Positions 1-8,350 of a stretch of 64,000 nt of DNA are shown in pieces. The number at the start of each line of letters is the position of its first letter. The first letter of the stretch is position 1. Origin of the DNA: Candidatus Gastranaerophilales bacterium (GTDB lineage Bacteria; Cyanobacteriota; Vampirovibrionia; Gastranaerophilales; Gastranaerophilaceae); assembly GCA_944325815.1 (NCBI GenBank), contig CALVBV010000001.1:2318-66317 (forward strand). The letters are read 5' to 3'. The notes below the pieces were generated by a model. That model had not been told where the DNA came from, searched no databases, and saw nothing but the letters and a program-made list of their open reading frames with translations. The position numbers were made by a program, and so were the translations under genes.

Positions 1-365
1 TTATTATCTCCTATAACAAAAGAAGATTTAGACAAAGAGCCGGGTGCATTATAGCCGGTTATAAATATTCCCGGATTATTTATTGTATTATTCTTTCCAA
101 ACTCAAAAATAAAATTATCTACTCGTAAGTCAATAAAAATACCGCCTGTTCCATCAAAACAATTCAAATTTATGGTGTTTCCCTTTCCTTTAATATCTAA
201 TTTTATATTCAATTTTTCATCGAGCTCAAAAATACGCTTGCCATCAAGAAATATTTCATTGTTTAAAAACATTTTTCTGTTTTCAAAGTTTTTTCTTTTC
301 TGCCTAAGCTTGTTTCTTATCCCTCTTACAAAAAGCTCTATCTCCAACAGCACAGGTATTTTCAT
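1..365 (-). CDS. Partial CDS running off the left window edge, possibly a left-handed beta-helix (hexapeptide-type) sugar O-acetyltransferase
   Basis: Manual minus-strand translation from the ATG at 365-363 gives MKIPVLLEIELFVRGIRNKLRQKRKNFENRKMFLNNEIFLDGKRIFELDEKLNIKLDIKGKGNTINLNCFDGTGGIFIDLRVDNFIFEFGKNNTINNPGIFITGYNAPGSLSKSSFVIGDNN with no stop before position 1, which is why it is absent from the ORF track. Its start overlaps the stop of the upstream GT2 gene as ATGA. The short repeating beta-strand pattern is typical of acetyltransferases in polysaccharide loci. Confidence 0.4.
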   Translation of the reverse strand, partial: MKIPVLLEIELFVRGIRNKLRQKRKNFENRKMFLNNEIFLDGKRIFELDEKLNIKLDIKGKGNTINLNCFDGTGGIFIDLRVDNFIFEFGKNNTINNPGIFITGYNAPGSLSKSSFVIGDN

Positions 366-1417
366 ACGGCACCCCGCTTCTTTATCTTTAAAACCGGAAG
401 CCCGAATATGTAAACCTTTATTCCTCCGTCGCGCTCAGCTACACACCCGATTGGAAGAGCGCCGAACAACAAGATTTTCCGGCTATAAAGATACTTTTTC
501 TCTAATCCCTTGTAGTCCCTTCTTGAGAGTTTTTCCAGTGTATACAGACCGTAAGCATTAAGCTTCATCCTCTCGTAAAGCTCATACGCATACTCGCACA
601 ACTTCGTGCGGTAAGATTTCGGGCAATGGCTCAATGCTATCTGAATCCAGTTTTCATAAATTTTAGAAAACAATCCGCTCTCCCTGTTATACTTACTGCA
701 GGCATTCAAACGCTCGTACAGAAAATAACATCCTCTCAAATGGTCTTTTACAGTTTCATAATCCTGACGGTATGTCTTCGTCATCCCTGAATCCGAACGC
801 TGGAAATAGTTATAAAGCGTTTCATCTATGTAATACGACGATTCTGAACAAAGTGCGTACTGAAAATAAAACGGAAAATCTTCATAAGCCATATTCTCCG
901 CAAAACGGATTCCATATTTATCTATTATTGATTTCTTAAAAACTTTGTTCCAAACATGTACATTTGTGTTTAGAATTACCTCATCGCTTAAACAGACACC
1001 GCCGCGGAATTTCGGGCGCAAATATTCCGCAAGTCCTTTGCTGAACAATTTTTTATCTCCGCTTAGGCGGGCGCCAAAAACAACATAATCCGCGCCTGTT
1101 TCAAAACCCTTTAACGCCTTTTCAAATGCCGCAGGCTCAAGGCTGTCGTCGCTGTCCACAAAGCTTACATACTCGCCCGAAGCTGAATCCAAACCTCCGT
1201 TCCTTGCACCTCCGAGACCTTTATGTATATCCTTAATTACCCGAACACGTCTGTCACGCTCTGCGTAACTCTCGCAAAGTCTGTGTTCCGCCTCTTCGCC
1301 GTCTGATACAAGAATAACTTCAATATCTTTGAAGCTCTGCGTTAATATGCTTTCCATACATTTAGGCAGATATTCAGATGTCTTATACACAGGCACAATT
1401 ACGCTTAGTTTAGCCAT
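362..1417 (-). CDS. Family 2 glycosyltransferase
   Basis: LSVIVPVYKTSEYLPKCMESILTQSFKDIEVILVSDG ... FVDSDD is the classic GT2 N-terminus with a DxD motif. The start is placed at MAKLSVIV (ATG at 1417), which overlaps the gmhA stop by 8 nt. Confidence 0.85.
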   Translation of the reverse strand: MAKLSVIVPVYKTSEYLPKCMESILTQSFKDIEVILVSDGEEAEHRLCESYAERDRRVRVIKDIHKGLGGARNGGLDSASGEYVSFVDSDDSLEPAAFEKALKGFETGADYVVFGARLSGDKKLFSKGLAEYLRPKFRGGVCLSDEVILNTNVHVWNKVFKKSIIDKYGIRFAENMAYEDFPFYFQYALCSESSYYIDETLYNYFQRSDSGMTKTYRQDYETVKDHLRGCYFLYERLNACSKYNRESGLFSKIYENWIQIALSHCPKSYRTKLCEYAYELYERMKLNAYGLYTLEKLSRRDYKGLEKKYLYSRKILLFGALPIGCVAERDGGIKVYIFGLPVLKIKKRGAV

Positions 1418-1997
1418 AGACCAACTCCTTGACATCATCACGGCCGATTAAGGATAAAACATTGTGTACCATGTGGCATATCATTATGTGTATGTCTTCG
1501 CTTACCTGCATGTTGTCTATATTCGCGTTGATTGAATACTTGCTGATTCTGCGCAAAATACCGCCGTCGTAACCTGTTAAGCCTACTGTTACCGCGCCTT
1601 TTGAGTTTGCGTACTCTACAGCCTTCAATATATTCTTTGAATTTCCGCTTCCAGAGATTCCTATCACCACATCAGAAGGTGACAGAAAATTCTTAAGCTG
1701 TTCCACAAAAATATCTTCATAGCTCAAATCATTGGAGTAAGCCATCATTGTCGGAATATTGTCGTTTAAGCAAATCACCTTAAAGCGCTTGTCTTTGCCG
1801 TAACTCATTCCCTTGTTAAAATCACAGACAAAGTGGCTGGCGGTCGACGCAGAACCGCCGTTTCCCATTATATAAATACATTTATTGTTGTCACGCGCTT
1901 CCAGTAATATTTTTATAAAAGTCTCCAGTTCTTTTCTGTCGAGCTTGTCCAGCGTCTGTTTTAACTGGCTGAAATAATTGTTTATTGATGACAGCAT
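1410..1997 (-). CDS. gmhA: D-sedoheptulose 7-phosphate isomerase (SIS domain)
   Basis: IYIMGNGGSASTASHFVCDFNKG and GISGSGNSKN are SIS/GmhA signatures. The product is 195 aa. Confidence 0.85.
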   Translation of the reverse strand: MLSSINNYFSQLKQTLDKLDRKELETFIKILLEARDNNKCIYIMGNGGSASTASHFVCDFNKGMSYGKDKRFKVICLNDNIPTMMAYSNDLSYEDIFVEQLKNFLSPSDVVIGISGSGNSKNILKAVEYANSKGAVTVGLTGYDGGILRRISKYSINANIDNMQVSEDIHIMICHMVHNVLSLIGRDDVKELVYG

Positions 1998-3002
1998 TTA
2001 TATCACACTCCTGTATAAATTTGTTTTGTTGTAATAAATTACGCCCGTGCCTTTGTTATCAAACTTAAAATCAATTTCTTTAAGGTCTGAAAGAGCACGT
2101 CTGACACGGCTTCTGTGCTGTTCTTCCACATAGAAAAGCAAAAATCCGCCTCCTCCTGCACCGAGTAGTTTTCCGCCCAGAGCGCCGTTTTTTATAGCCA
2201 AATCGTAATAATAATCAATCTCAGGATTACTGATTCCGTCTGCAAGCTCTTTTTTGTACATCCAGCCGGTGTGAAGAATTTCGCCCATGGCGTTTGTATT
2301 GCCTTTTAGAAGTTCTTCTTTCAAATCTTTTGAGAGCTGAACCATTTTATGAAGATTCTTGATTTTTGCCTCATCGTTCGTTGTGTTCTTTTTCTGCTCT
2401 GCCAAAATACTTCCTGCCGAACGGGTTTTGCCTGTATAAAACATTAAAAGATTTTTCTCCAAAACGTGGTATGCGTCTGATTGAAGATAGAGTTTTTCCA
2501 CATCGACAACGCCGTCTTTGTAAAACTCAATAAAATTAAGCCCTCCGCAGGCACAGGCGTACTGGTCTTGTTTGCCTATCGGTTCTTTCAAGTCCTCAAT
2601 CTCAACCTTGCATGCCTTTTCCGCGATTACTTCTTTATTCATATACTGGTCAGTATATGCGTTACACAGGTTAATAAGCCCGACAGTAAAAGCTGATGAG
2701 GAAGCCAGCCCTGTTCCCGAGGGAATATCAGCGCTTGAATTGAAATCAACACCCCTTATTCCGTAATCTTTAAATACCGTCCGGATTATCGGGTGCTGAA
2801 TCTCTTCCAAACTCTTTGCCTGCTCGGTTTTTGAATACTTGAGAAGATATTCATTCTCCTCAAAATACGGGTGCATGGAAAGATAAATATACTTATTAAT
2901 AGAGACGCTTACGACAGAACCGCCGAATTTTTCGTAATAGTTTCTCAAATCGCTTCCGCCGCCTGCGAAGCTTATTCTAAATGGTGTTCTTGTGATTATC
3001 AT
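1998..3002 (-). CDS. hddA: GHMP-family D-glycero-alpha-D-manno-heptose 7-phosphate kinase
   Basis: The N-terminus MIITRTPFRISFAGGGSDL, the GHMP motif PSGTGLASSSA and a C-terminal GAGGGGFLLF are present. The gene lies between gmhA and hddC-gmhB, with ATGA overlap to the upstream gene. Confidence 0.8.
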   Translation of the reverse strand: MIITRTPFRISFAGGGSDLRNYYEKFGGSVVSVSINKYIYLSMHPYFEENEYLLKYSKTEQAKSLEEIQHPIIRTVFKDYGIRGVDFNSSADIPSGTGLASSSAFTVGLINLCNAYTDQYMNKEVIAEKACKVEIEDLKEPIGKQDQYACACGGLNFIEFYKDGVVDVEKLYLQSDAYHVLEKNLLMFYTGKTRSAGSILAEQKKNTTNDEAKIKNLHKMVQLSKDLKEELLKGNTNAMGEILHTGWMYKKELADGISNPEIDYYYDLAIKNGALGGKLLGAGGGGFLLFYVEEQHRSRVRRALSDLKEIDFKFDNKGTGVIYYNKTNLYRSVI

Positions 3003-3958
3003 ACCAAAACACCGTCCTTATCCAAGATATATCTTATTGATTTTCTTACAGCTTCATTTGAGCTTACGCGCGGATTCCAGCCGAGCTTGTGAATCTTATC
3101 AAGGCTGTAGCTGAAATCCGGAACATCTCCGACCCAGCCTCGGTTTCCGCCTGTGTATTTGATTTCCGCCTCAAGCCCCATTTCTTCTATAACCATCTCT
3201 GCCATCTCTTTTACGGTTGTCCTTGTCTCAACCCCGAGGTTGTAGTAATTAATCTTTTCATCTGTCGTTGTCCACACAAGAATAATTGCCTCTACAAGAT
3301 CTTTAACGTAAAGATAAGGTTTAATCTGCGTTCCGTCTCCCAGGACCTCAAGCTCTTTCGGGTTCTTTTTCAACTTGTTTATAAAATCATAGATTGCGCC
3401 GTGAGTGGCTCTTTCGCCGACAACATTCGGAAAACGCGTTATCCACGCTTTGAAGCCGTAGTTTTCGCAAAAGCTTGAAATATATGCTTCTGAGGCTAAC
3501 TTTGAGGCGCCGTAATGGGATATCGGAAACAACGGCCCGTAATTTTCGTCCACGCTTACGCCTGCTTCACCGTAGATTGCGGAAGTTGAAGCAAATACAA
3601 TATTCTTAACTCCATAATCTTTCATCGCAAGAAGAACACTGTAAGTCGTTGATAATGTATTATCAAAATCAACATCCGGGTTTCTGTGGCTCTTTGCAAT
3701 ATCAGAATTTGCAGCCATGTGGAATACCGTATCAAAATCTCCATCCTCAAAAACTTTGCAGAGGAATTGTTTATCTAAAATATCGCCTTCTATGAATTTA
3801 AACTCCGGGTTTTGCAGAGCTTTTTCAAGATTGCTTAATCTGCCGAGCGATAAATTATCAAGAACAGTCACTTGATGTCCGTCCTCCAGCAGTTTGTCCG
3901 CAAGATGGCTCCCTATAAAACCTGCACCGCCTGTTATTAATATTTTAGACATTTTCAT
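2999..3958 (-). CDS. Extended-SDR NAD-dependent nucleotide-sugar epimerase/dehydratase
   Basis: It carries the Rossmann motif ILITGGAGFIGSHL and the catalytic YGASK (YxxxK). It is embedded in the heptose cassette. Confidence 0.8.
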   Translation of the reverse strand: MKMSKILITGGAGFIGSHLADKLLEDGHQVTVLDNLSLGRLSNLEKALQNPEFKFIEGDILDKQFLCKVFEDGDFDTVFHMAANSDIAKSHRNPDVDFDNTLSTTYSVLLAMKDYGVKNIVFASTSAIYGEAGVSVDENYGPLFPISHYGASKLASEAYISSFCENYGFKAWITRFPNVVGERATHGAIYDFINKLKKNPKELEVLGDGTQIKPYLYVKDLVEAIILVWTTTDEKINYYNLGVETRTTVKEMAEMVIEEMGLEAEIKYTGGNRGWVGDVPDFSYSLDKIHKLGWNPRVSSNEAVRKSIRYILDKDGVLV

Positions 3959-5219
3959 CTCCTTTTAAAATATATTTAACTGCTTGTAATAAATTCTCCG
4001 CGCAAAAATCCGCCCCCAAACTTTCACCAATTGATACTGTTCTGCAGCCGGCGTTCTTTCCGGCTTCAATATCGCGCCTGCTGTCGCCTATCATCCAGGA
4101 GGATTCTAAATCTATATTCATATCTTTAGCCGCCTGTATAAGCATGCCCGGCTTCGGCTTTCTGCAGGAACATTCTATCTTTAATTCCGGAATCTCACCT
4201 TCAAAGCCTTTTTCAGGATGATGAGGGCAGTAATAAATTCTATCAAGAAAGGCATGCTCTGCACCTAAAAGTGTTTCCATTTTTTTATGAATTTCTTCTA
4301 CTTCATTCCGTCTGATAAAGCCCTTTGCAATCATCGGCTGATTTGTGACAACAACTGCAAGATAATCGCTTTTATTAATCATCTTTACAGCTTCTGCAGC
4401 CCTGTCAAGAAGTTCAAATCCCGCCACCGAAGGTGAAGAATCCATATCTTTATTGATAACACCGTCTCTGTCAAGAAAAATGCAGGGACGTTTATTAATT
4501 TTATTGAGCCTCCCAACTTTTCCCGACAAAAAATCCTGCTTAACTTTTTCAAACCTGTCCGGAGTGCCCATGTCTTTTATGTATTCCGGCGTTTTGTATG
4601 CTTTGAGGATTCCTTGCGATTCAACAATTCTTTTAAATATATCCCGTCCGAAATCCTGAGCTTTGTCTTTTTCAATGTAATTAAAAATTTCGGGGGAGAA
4701 TATATAAACTCCTGCATTAACAAGGTTTTGATAAAATTCGTCTCCGCTATGAGGTTTAGACAAAATTTTTGTAACGGTGTTTTCTTTATTAGTTTCTAAT
4801 AAATCGCTGTCATAAGGGTGATCGTTCGGGTGAATAATAATAGAGCCTATGGAATTATACTGCCTGTCAAAATCAATAAACCTGTTGATATCAAAGTCCA
4901 TAATAATATCGCCGTAGAAAATAAGGAATCTGTCATCCAATAAATTTTCCGCGAGTTTTACGCACCCTGCCGTTCCAAGCGGATGAGGCTCTATAATATG
5001 GTGTATTTTGACGCCGAATTTTGAGCCGTCTTTGAAATAATCAACAATTTTATCAGAAAGATGACCGGACAAAATAAAGATTTCATCAATGCCGTATCTT
5101 TTGGCCAGATTAATTTGATGTTCCAATAAAGGCTTGCCGCCAATTTCTACCATGGGCTTTGGAATATCTTTAAACCCGAGTCGTGTTCCTTTTCCTCCGG
5201 CAATAATAACCAGTCTCAT
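3945..5219 (-). CDS. Bifunctional sugar-1-phosphate nucleotidyltransferase (HddC-like) fused to a GmhB-type HAD heptose bisphosphate phosphatase
   Basis: The N-terminal half has LVIIAGGKGTRLG...PKPMV...GKP (nucleotidyltransferase). The C-terminal half has FLDRDGVIN, VVTNQP, YYCPHHPE, CSCRKPKPGM and GDSRRDIEAG (GmhB). The start is placed at ATG 5219, 5 nt after AAGGAG. The ORF-track start one codon upstream is a TTG. Confidence 0.8.
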   Translation of the reverse strand: MRLVIIAGGKGTRLGFKDIPKPMVEIGGKPLLEHQINLAKRYGIDEIFILSGHLSDKIVDYFKDGSKFGVKIHHIIEPHPLGTAGCVKLAENLLDDRFLIFYGDIIMDFDINRFIDFDRQYNSIGSIIIHPNDHPYDSDLLETNKENTVTKILSKPHSGDEFYQNLVNAGVYIFSPEIFNYIEKDKAQDFGRDIFKRIVESQGILKAYKTPEYIKDMGTPDRFEKVKQDFLSGKVGRLNKINKRPCIFLDRDGVINKDMDSSPSVAGFELLDRAAEAVKMINKSDYLAVVVTNQPMIAKGFIRRNEVEEIHKKMETLLGAEHAFLDRIYYCPHHPEKGFEGEIPELKIECSCRKPKPGMLIQAAKDMNIDLESSWMIGDSRRDIEAGKNAGCRTVSIGESLGADFCAENLLQAVKYILKGDENV

Positions 5220-5246
5220 CAAAACTCCTTGTGAATATTTTCTACT

Positions 5247-5278
5247 TTAATCGACATAATATTTATTATGTCGATTAA
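5247..5278. promoter_or_regulatory. Perfect 14-bp inverted repeat (TTAATCGACATAAT-ATTT-ATTATGTCGATTAA) in the divergent hddC / uppP promoter region
   Basis: Hand-indexed palindrome 28 nt upstream of the hddC-gmhB start codon. It could be an operator or a 5' UTR hairpin. Confidence 0.4.
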
Positions 5279-5472
5279 TTATATTTAAACTATATCATAA
5301 GATGAAAAAAATAGATATCAGCCTGAAAGATTTTTTTACAATACGCTTTTTGACCTTTTTTAAAAATGCTGTTTTTTTTGAATTATGTTATTATTTATAT
5401 ATTACCGGATGTAATTTACGGCTTAGTGTTAGAAGAGCTGTATGGGCCAGAAGAACGGGAGAGGAGGATATT

Positions 5473-6312
5473 TTGGATTTAATACAATCAATATTAATGG
5501 GAATGGTTCAGGGATTGAGTGAATTTTTACCTATATCAAGCTCAGCGCATCTTGTTTTTACATCAAATTTTTATAAAGTTTTTAAAGGGATTGAAATTGT
5601 GCACGAATCAAATCAGGAAATTTTTCTTGATATCATGCTTCATCTGGGAACTCTGATTGCCGTTCTGATTTATTTCAGAAAAGAGATTTTAGAAATATTA
5701 AAAGCCTTGTATTACGGATTAAAAAGTAAAGATTATTCTTCAAGAGATTTTAAACTCGGGCTTTATATAATTCTGGGTACAGTGATTACTGTCTTAATCG
5801 CGTACCCTTTGAATGAAGTTGCGGGAGGACTGGTTTTTAAACCCGCAATAGTAGGACTTCTTCTTGTCGGAACCGGTATATTGCTTTTGTTTAGTGAATA
5901 TTGGGCCAAAAAACATTCTGATAAAAAAGATATTTCTGTTAAAAATTCTGTTTTGATTGCTGTAGCTCAAGGGCTGGCTGCACTTCCGGGATTTTCACGC
6001 TCAGGTTTAACTATTGCAACGGGGCTTCTGTGCGGGATGGAAAGAACTACTGCCGCAAGGTATTCTTTTCTGTTGAGTATTCCGATTATTTTGGGTGCTT
6101 CCATGGTTTATCCGCTTGTAAAGATTGATTTTCATGAGATTATAACATACAATTGGCCGGCAATAATTGCCGGAACAGTAGTTTCAGCTCTTGTAGGATA
6201 TGTCTGCATTAAATATTTCTTAAAATTTGTGTCGAGATTTTCACTTGCAATATTCGGTTATTATTGTTTAATCGCGGGAATTGCGACGGCTGTATTTTTC
6301 TATATAAATTAA
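5473..6312 (+). CDS. uppP: Undecaprenyl-diphosphatase
   Basis: GLSEFLPISSSAHL, FSRSG and multiple TM helices are present. The start is moved to TTG 5473, preceded by GGGAGAGGAGGA. The 57-aa N-terminal extension in the ORF track looks like translated AT-rich promoter DNA. Confidence 0.85.
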   Translation: MDLIQSILMGMVQGLSEFLPISSSAHLVFTSNFYKVFKGIEIVHESNQEIFLDIMLHLGTLIAVLIYFRKEILEILKALYYGLKSKDYSSRDFKLGLYIILGTVITVLIAYPLNEVAGGLVFKPAIVGLLLVGTGILLLFSEYWAKKHSDKKDISVKNSVLIAVAQGLAALPGFSRSGLTIATGLLCGMERTTAARYSFLLSIPIILGASMVYPLVKIDFHEIITYNWPAIIAGTVVSALVGYVCIKYFLKFVSRFSLAIFGYYCLIAGIATAVFFYIN

Positions 6313-6376
6313 TTTGTTTCTTTCTTTGCTTGGAGGAAAGAATCAGTGATAACGAACATTAAAAGAGGCGGGAATA

Positions 6377-7033
6377 ATGAATAAATACATAGAACATACA
6401 CTTTTAAAACAGGATGCATCAAGAGCTGAGATTACAAAATTATTAGATGAAGCAAAGCAGTATAAATTTCTCGGCGTGTGTGTCAATCCTTGTAATGTAA
6501 AATTTGCAAAAGAATATTTAAAAGATACGGAGATAAAAGTTGTCACTGTAATAGGTTTTCCATTAGGGCAGAATACAACAGAGATAAAGATTTTGGAAAC
6601 CATTGACGCAGTAAAAAACGGTGCCGATGAAATTGATATGGTTATAAATGTCGGAAAATTGAAGGATAAGGAGTACGGCTATATTACAGATGAAATTTTA
6701 AAAATAAAAACGGCTTGTCAAGGCAAGCCTCTGAAAGTTATATTAGAGACAGACCTTCTTACTAAAGACGAGATAAAAAAGGCCTGCAAGCTTTGCGTTG
6801 AAGGCAGGGCTGATTTTGTCAAAACTTCAACCGGATTTGTTAAAAACGGTGTCGGGGCAAAGGTTGAGGATGTAAAATTAATGTATGAAACGGTCAAAGA
6901 TGCGGGGCTAAAAGTCAAGGCATCGGGCGGAATAAGAGATAAAGAGACTGCTTTGAAGATGATAGATGCAGGTGCTTCGCGCCTTGGTACAAGCTCAGGA
7001 GTAAAAATAGGGGTAAATACATTGAACCGGTAG
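6377..7033 (+). CDS. deoC: Deoxyribose-phosphate aldolase
   Basis: HTLLK, VCVNP, VIGFPLG, DMVINVG and FVKTSTGF (Schiff-base lysine context) are present. The product is 218 aa. Confidence 0.9.
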   Translation: MNKYIEHTLLKQDASRAEITKLLDEAKQYKFLGVCVNPCNVKFAKEYLKDTEIKVVTVIGFPLGQNTTEIKILETIDAVKNGADEIDMVINVGKLKDKEYGYITDEILKIKTACQGKPLKVILETDLLTKDEIKKACKLCVEGRADFVKTSTGFVKNGVGAKVEDVKLMYETVKDAGLKVKASGGIRDKETALKMIDAGASRLGTSSGVKIGVNTLNR

Positions 7034-7150
7034 GTGGAGATTGCGAGGCTGCGTAATTTTAGTCTTAAACTAAATATCTACCCCTAAAGTTTAATGAAAA
7101 GATGAGGATTCAAGTTTATTATGATAAAGAATCCTCATCGCTCAAACTTT

Positions 7151-7180
7151 CCTCTCTTTGTTTTAAGAGAGGTTTCTTTA
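7151..7180 (+). terminator. Intrinsic terminator after deoC
   Basis: CCTCTCTT-tgtttt-AAGAGAGG is followed by TTTCTTTA. A second hairpin, GATGAGGATTC/GAATCCTCATC, lies upstream at 7101-7139. Confidence 0.6.
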
Positions 7181-7195
7181 TGATATAAATTAGGT

Positions 7196-8263
7196 ATGAA
7201 TTACTCTAATCTGTTTGATAGTTTAAGGAGGCTTTATACATCATTTTCATACAATGATAAGTATGGAAGGGCGAAAATTCCTTTCAGGTATTTTCTTGAG
7301 CTTACATACAGGTGTAATCTTGCCTGCCCGTATTGTTACGTCGGGTGTGAAAGAAACAAAGAAGAGCTTACACTGGAAGAGTGGAAAAAAGTTATTGACC
7401 AGCTTCCCTTTTATTCAATTGCAACTCTTGTGGGCGGAGAACCCCTTATCAGAAAAGATTTTATTGATATTCTTGCTTATACCTCAAAAAAAATTATGAA
7501 CAAAGTTCACGTTGTGTCAAACGGAATTCTGATTAATGATGAGATTATTGAGGCTTTTATAAAGTACAAACTTCTTCTTCTTTCTGTTTCTCTGGACGGA
7601 TACGGTAAAACACACGACAAAAACAGGGGTAAAGACGGAATTTTTGATAAAATTTTGAGTAATCTGGAGAATCTTAAGTCTAATAAAAAAAATCAGATGA
7701 TTGATATAAAAACCATTGTTCTGGAGAATAATCTTGACGATTTGCCGAAGCTTTACAAACTCTGTGAAGATATGGGATTTGAATTTTTATCAATTTCGTT
7801 TTTAAGGAATAATAACTGGAAGCAGAATTCTGTTTTGCAGGAAAGCTTTATTCCTGAGTTTAACGAAAATTATCCGATACAAAAATATTTTGATATGGAA
7901 CATTTTAAGGAAGTTTACAGAGAAATAGAAGGAATGAAGGGAAAAACAAAGCTCAGATTTTCTCCGAAGTTTGAATATTCATCAAATCCGCTTGAGGCAA
8001 TCGAAAAATTCTTCAACACTCCTGCGGATACGCCTTTGTATGAGATATACAAGCCCTGCACTTATCCTTACAACAACATGATGATAAACCCTGAGGGGTA
8101 TGTATACCCCTGCCTTTCGCAAAGAATCGGGAATGTAAAAGAAAAGAGCCTGAAGGATCTTTTTAATACACCTCATTACTGTTGTTTCAGAAAAAATCTT
8201 AAAGCCAGCGGCGGGACATTCGGCGCCTGCCAGATGTGCTGCGAGCTTGAGGTTAAATATTAA
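7196..8263 (+). CDS. Radical SAM enzyme with a SPASM/twitch-like C-terminal Cys domain
   Basis: CNLACPYCY is the CxxxCxxC cluster and GGEPL is present. The C-terminal CTYPYNNMMINPEGYVYPC fits C-x12-G-x4-C, followed by CC...C..CC. Confidence 0.8.
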   Translation: MNYSNLFDSLRRLYTSFSYNDKYGRAKIPFRYFLELTYRCNLACPYCYVGCERNKEELTLEEWKKVIDQLPFYSIATLVGGEPLIRKDFIDILAYTSKKIMNKVHVVSNGILINDEIIEAFIKYKLLLLSVSLDGYGKTHDKNRGKDGIFDKILSNLENLKSNKKNQMIDIKTIVLENNLDDLPKLYKLCEDMGFEFLSISFLRNNNWKQNSVLQESFIPEFNENYPIQKYFDMEHFKEVYREIEGMKGKTKLRFSPKFEYSSNPLEAIEKFFNTPADTPLYEIYKPCTYPYNNMMINPEGYVYPCLSQRIGNVKEKSLKDLFNTPHYCCFRKNLKASGGTFGACQMCCELEVKY

Positions 8264-8350
8264 AAATATTAAGTTTCTTTACAAACATGAGCAATTTTTC
8301 AAGCAAATCTGACTTTATTAATATAGTTAGGTTTATAAAGGTTTATTATT

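Noticed and set aside
172-561. 129-aa plus-strand ORF at the left edge
   Set aside because: It lies antisense to the acetyltransferase-like and GT2 genes and is a low-complexity Phe/Ser/Leu-rich translation.
5302-5472. N-terminal 57-aa extension of uppP given by the ORF track, and likewise 14072-14140 for murC, 46603-46656 for the dehydrogenase and 37762-37818 for the secreted protein
   Set aside because: The extensions are AT-rich and Phe/Leu/Lys-rich and lack an RBS. Conserved protein N-termini begin at internal starts that do have good SD sequences.
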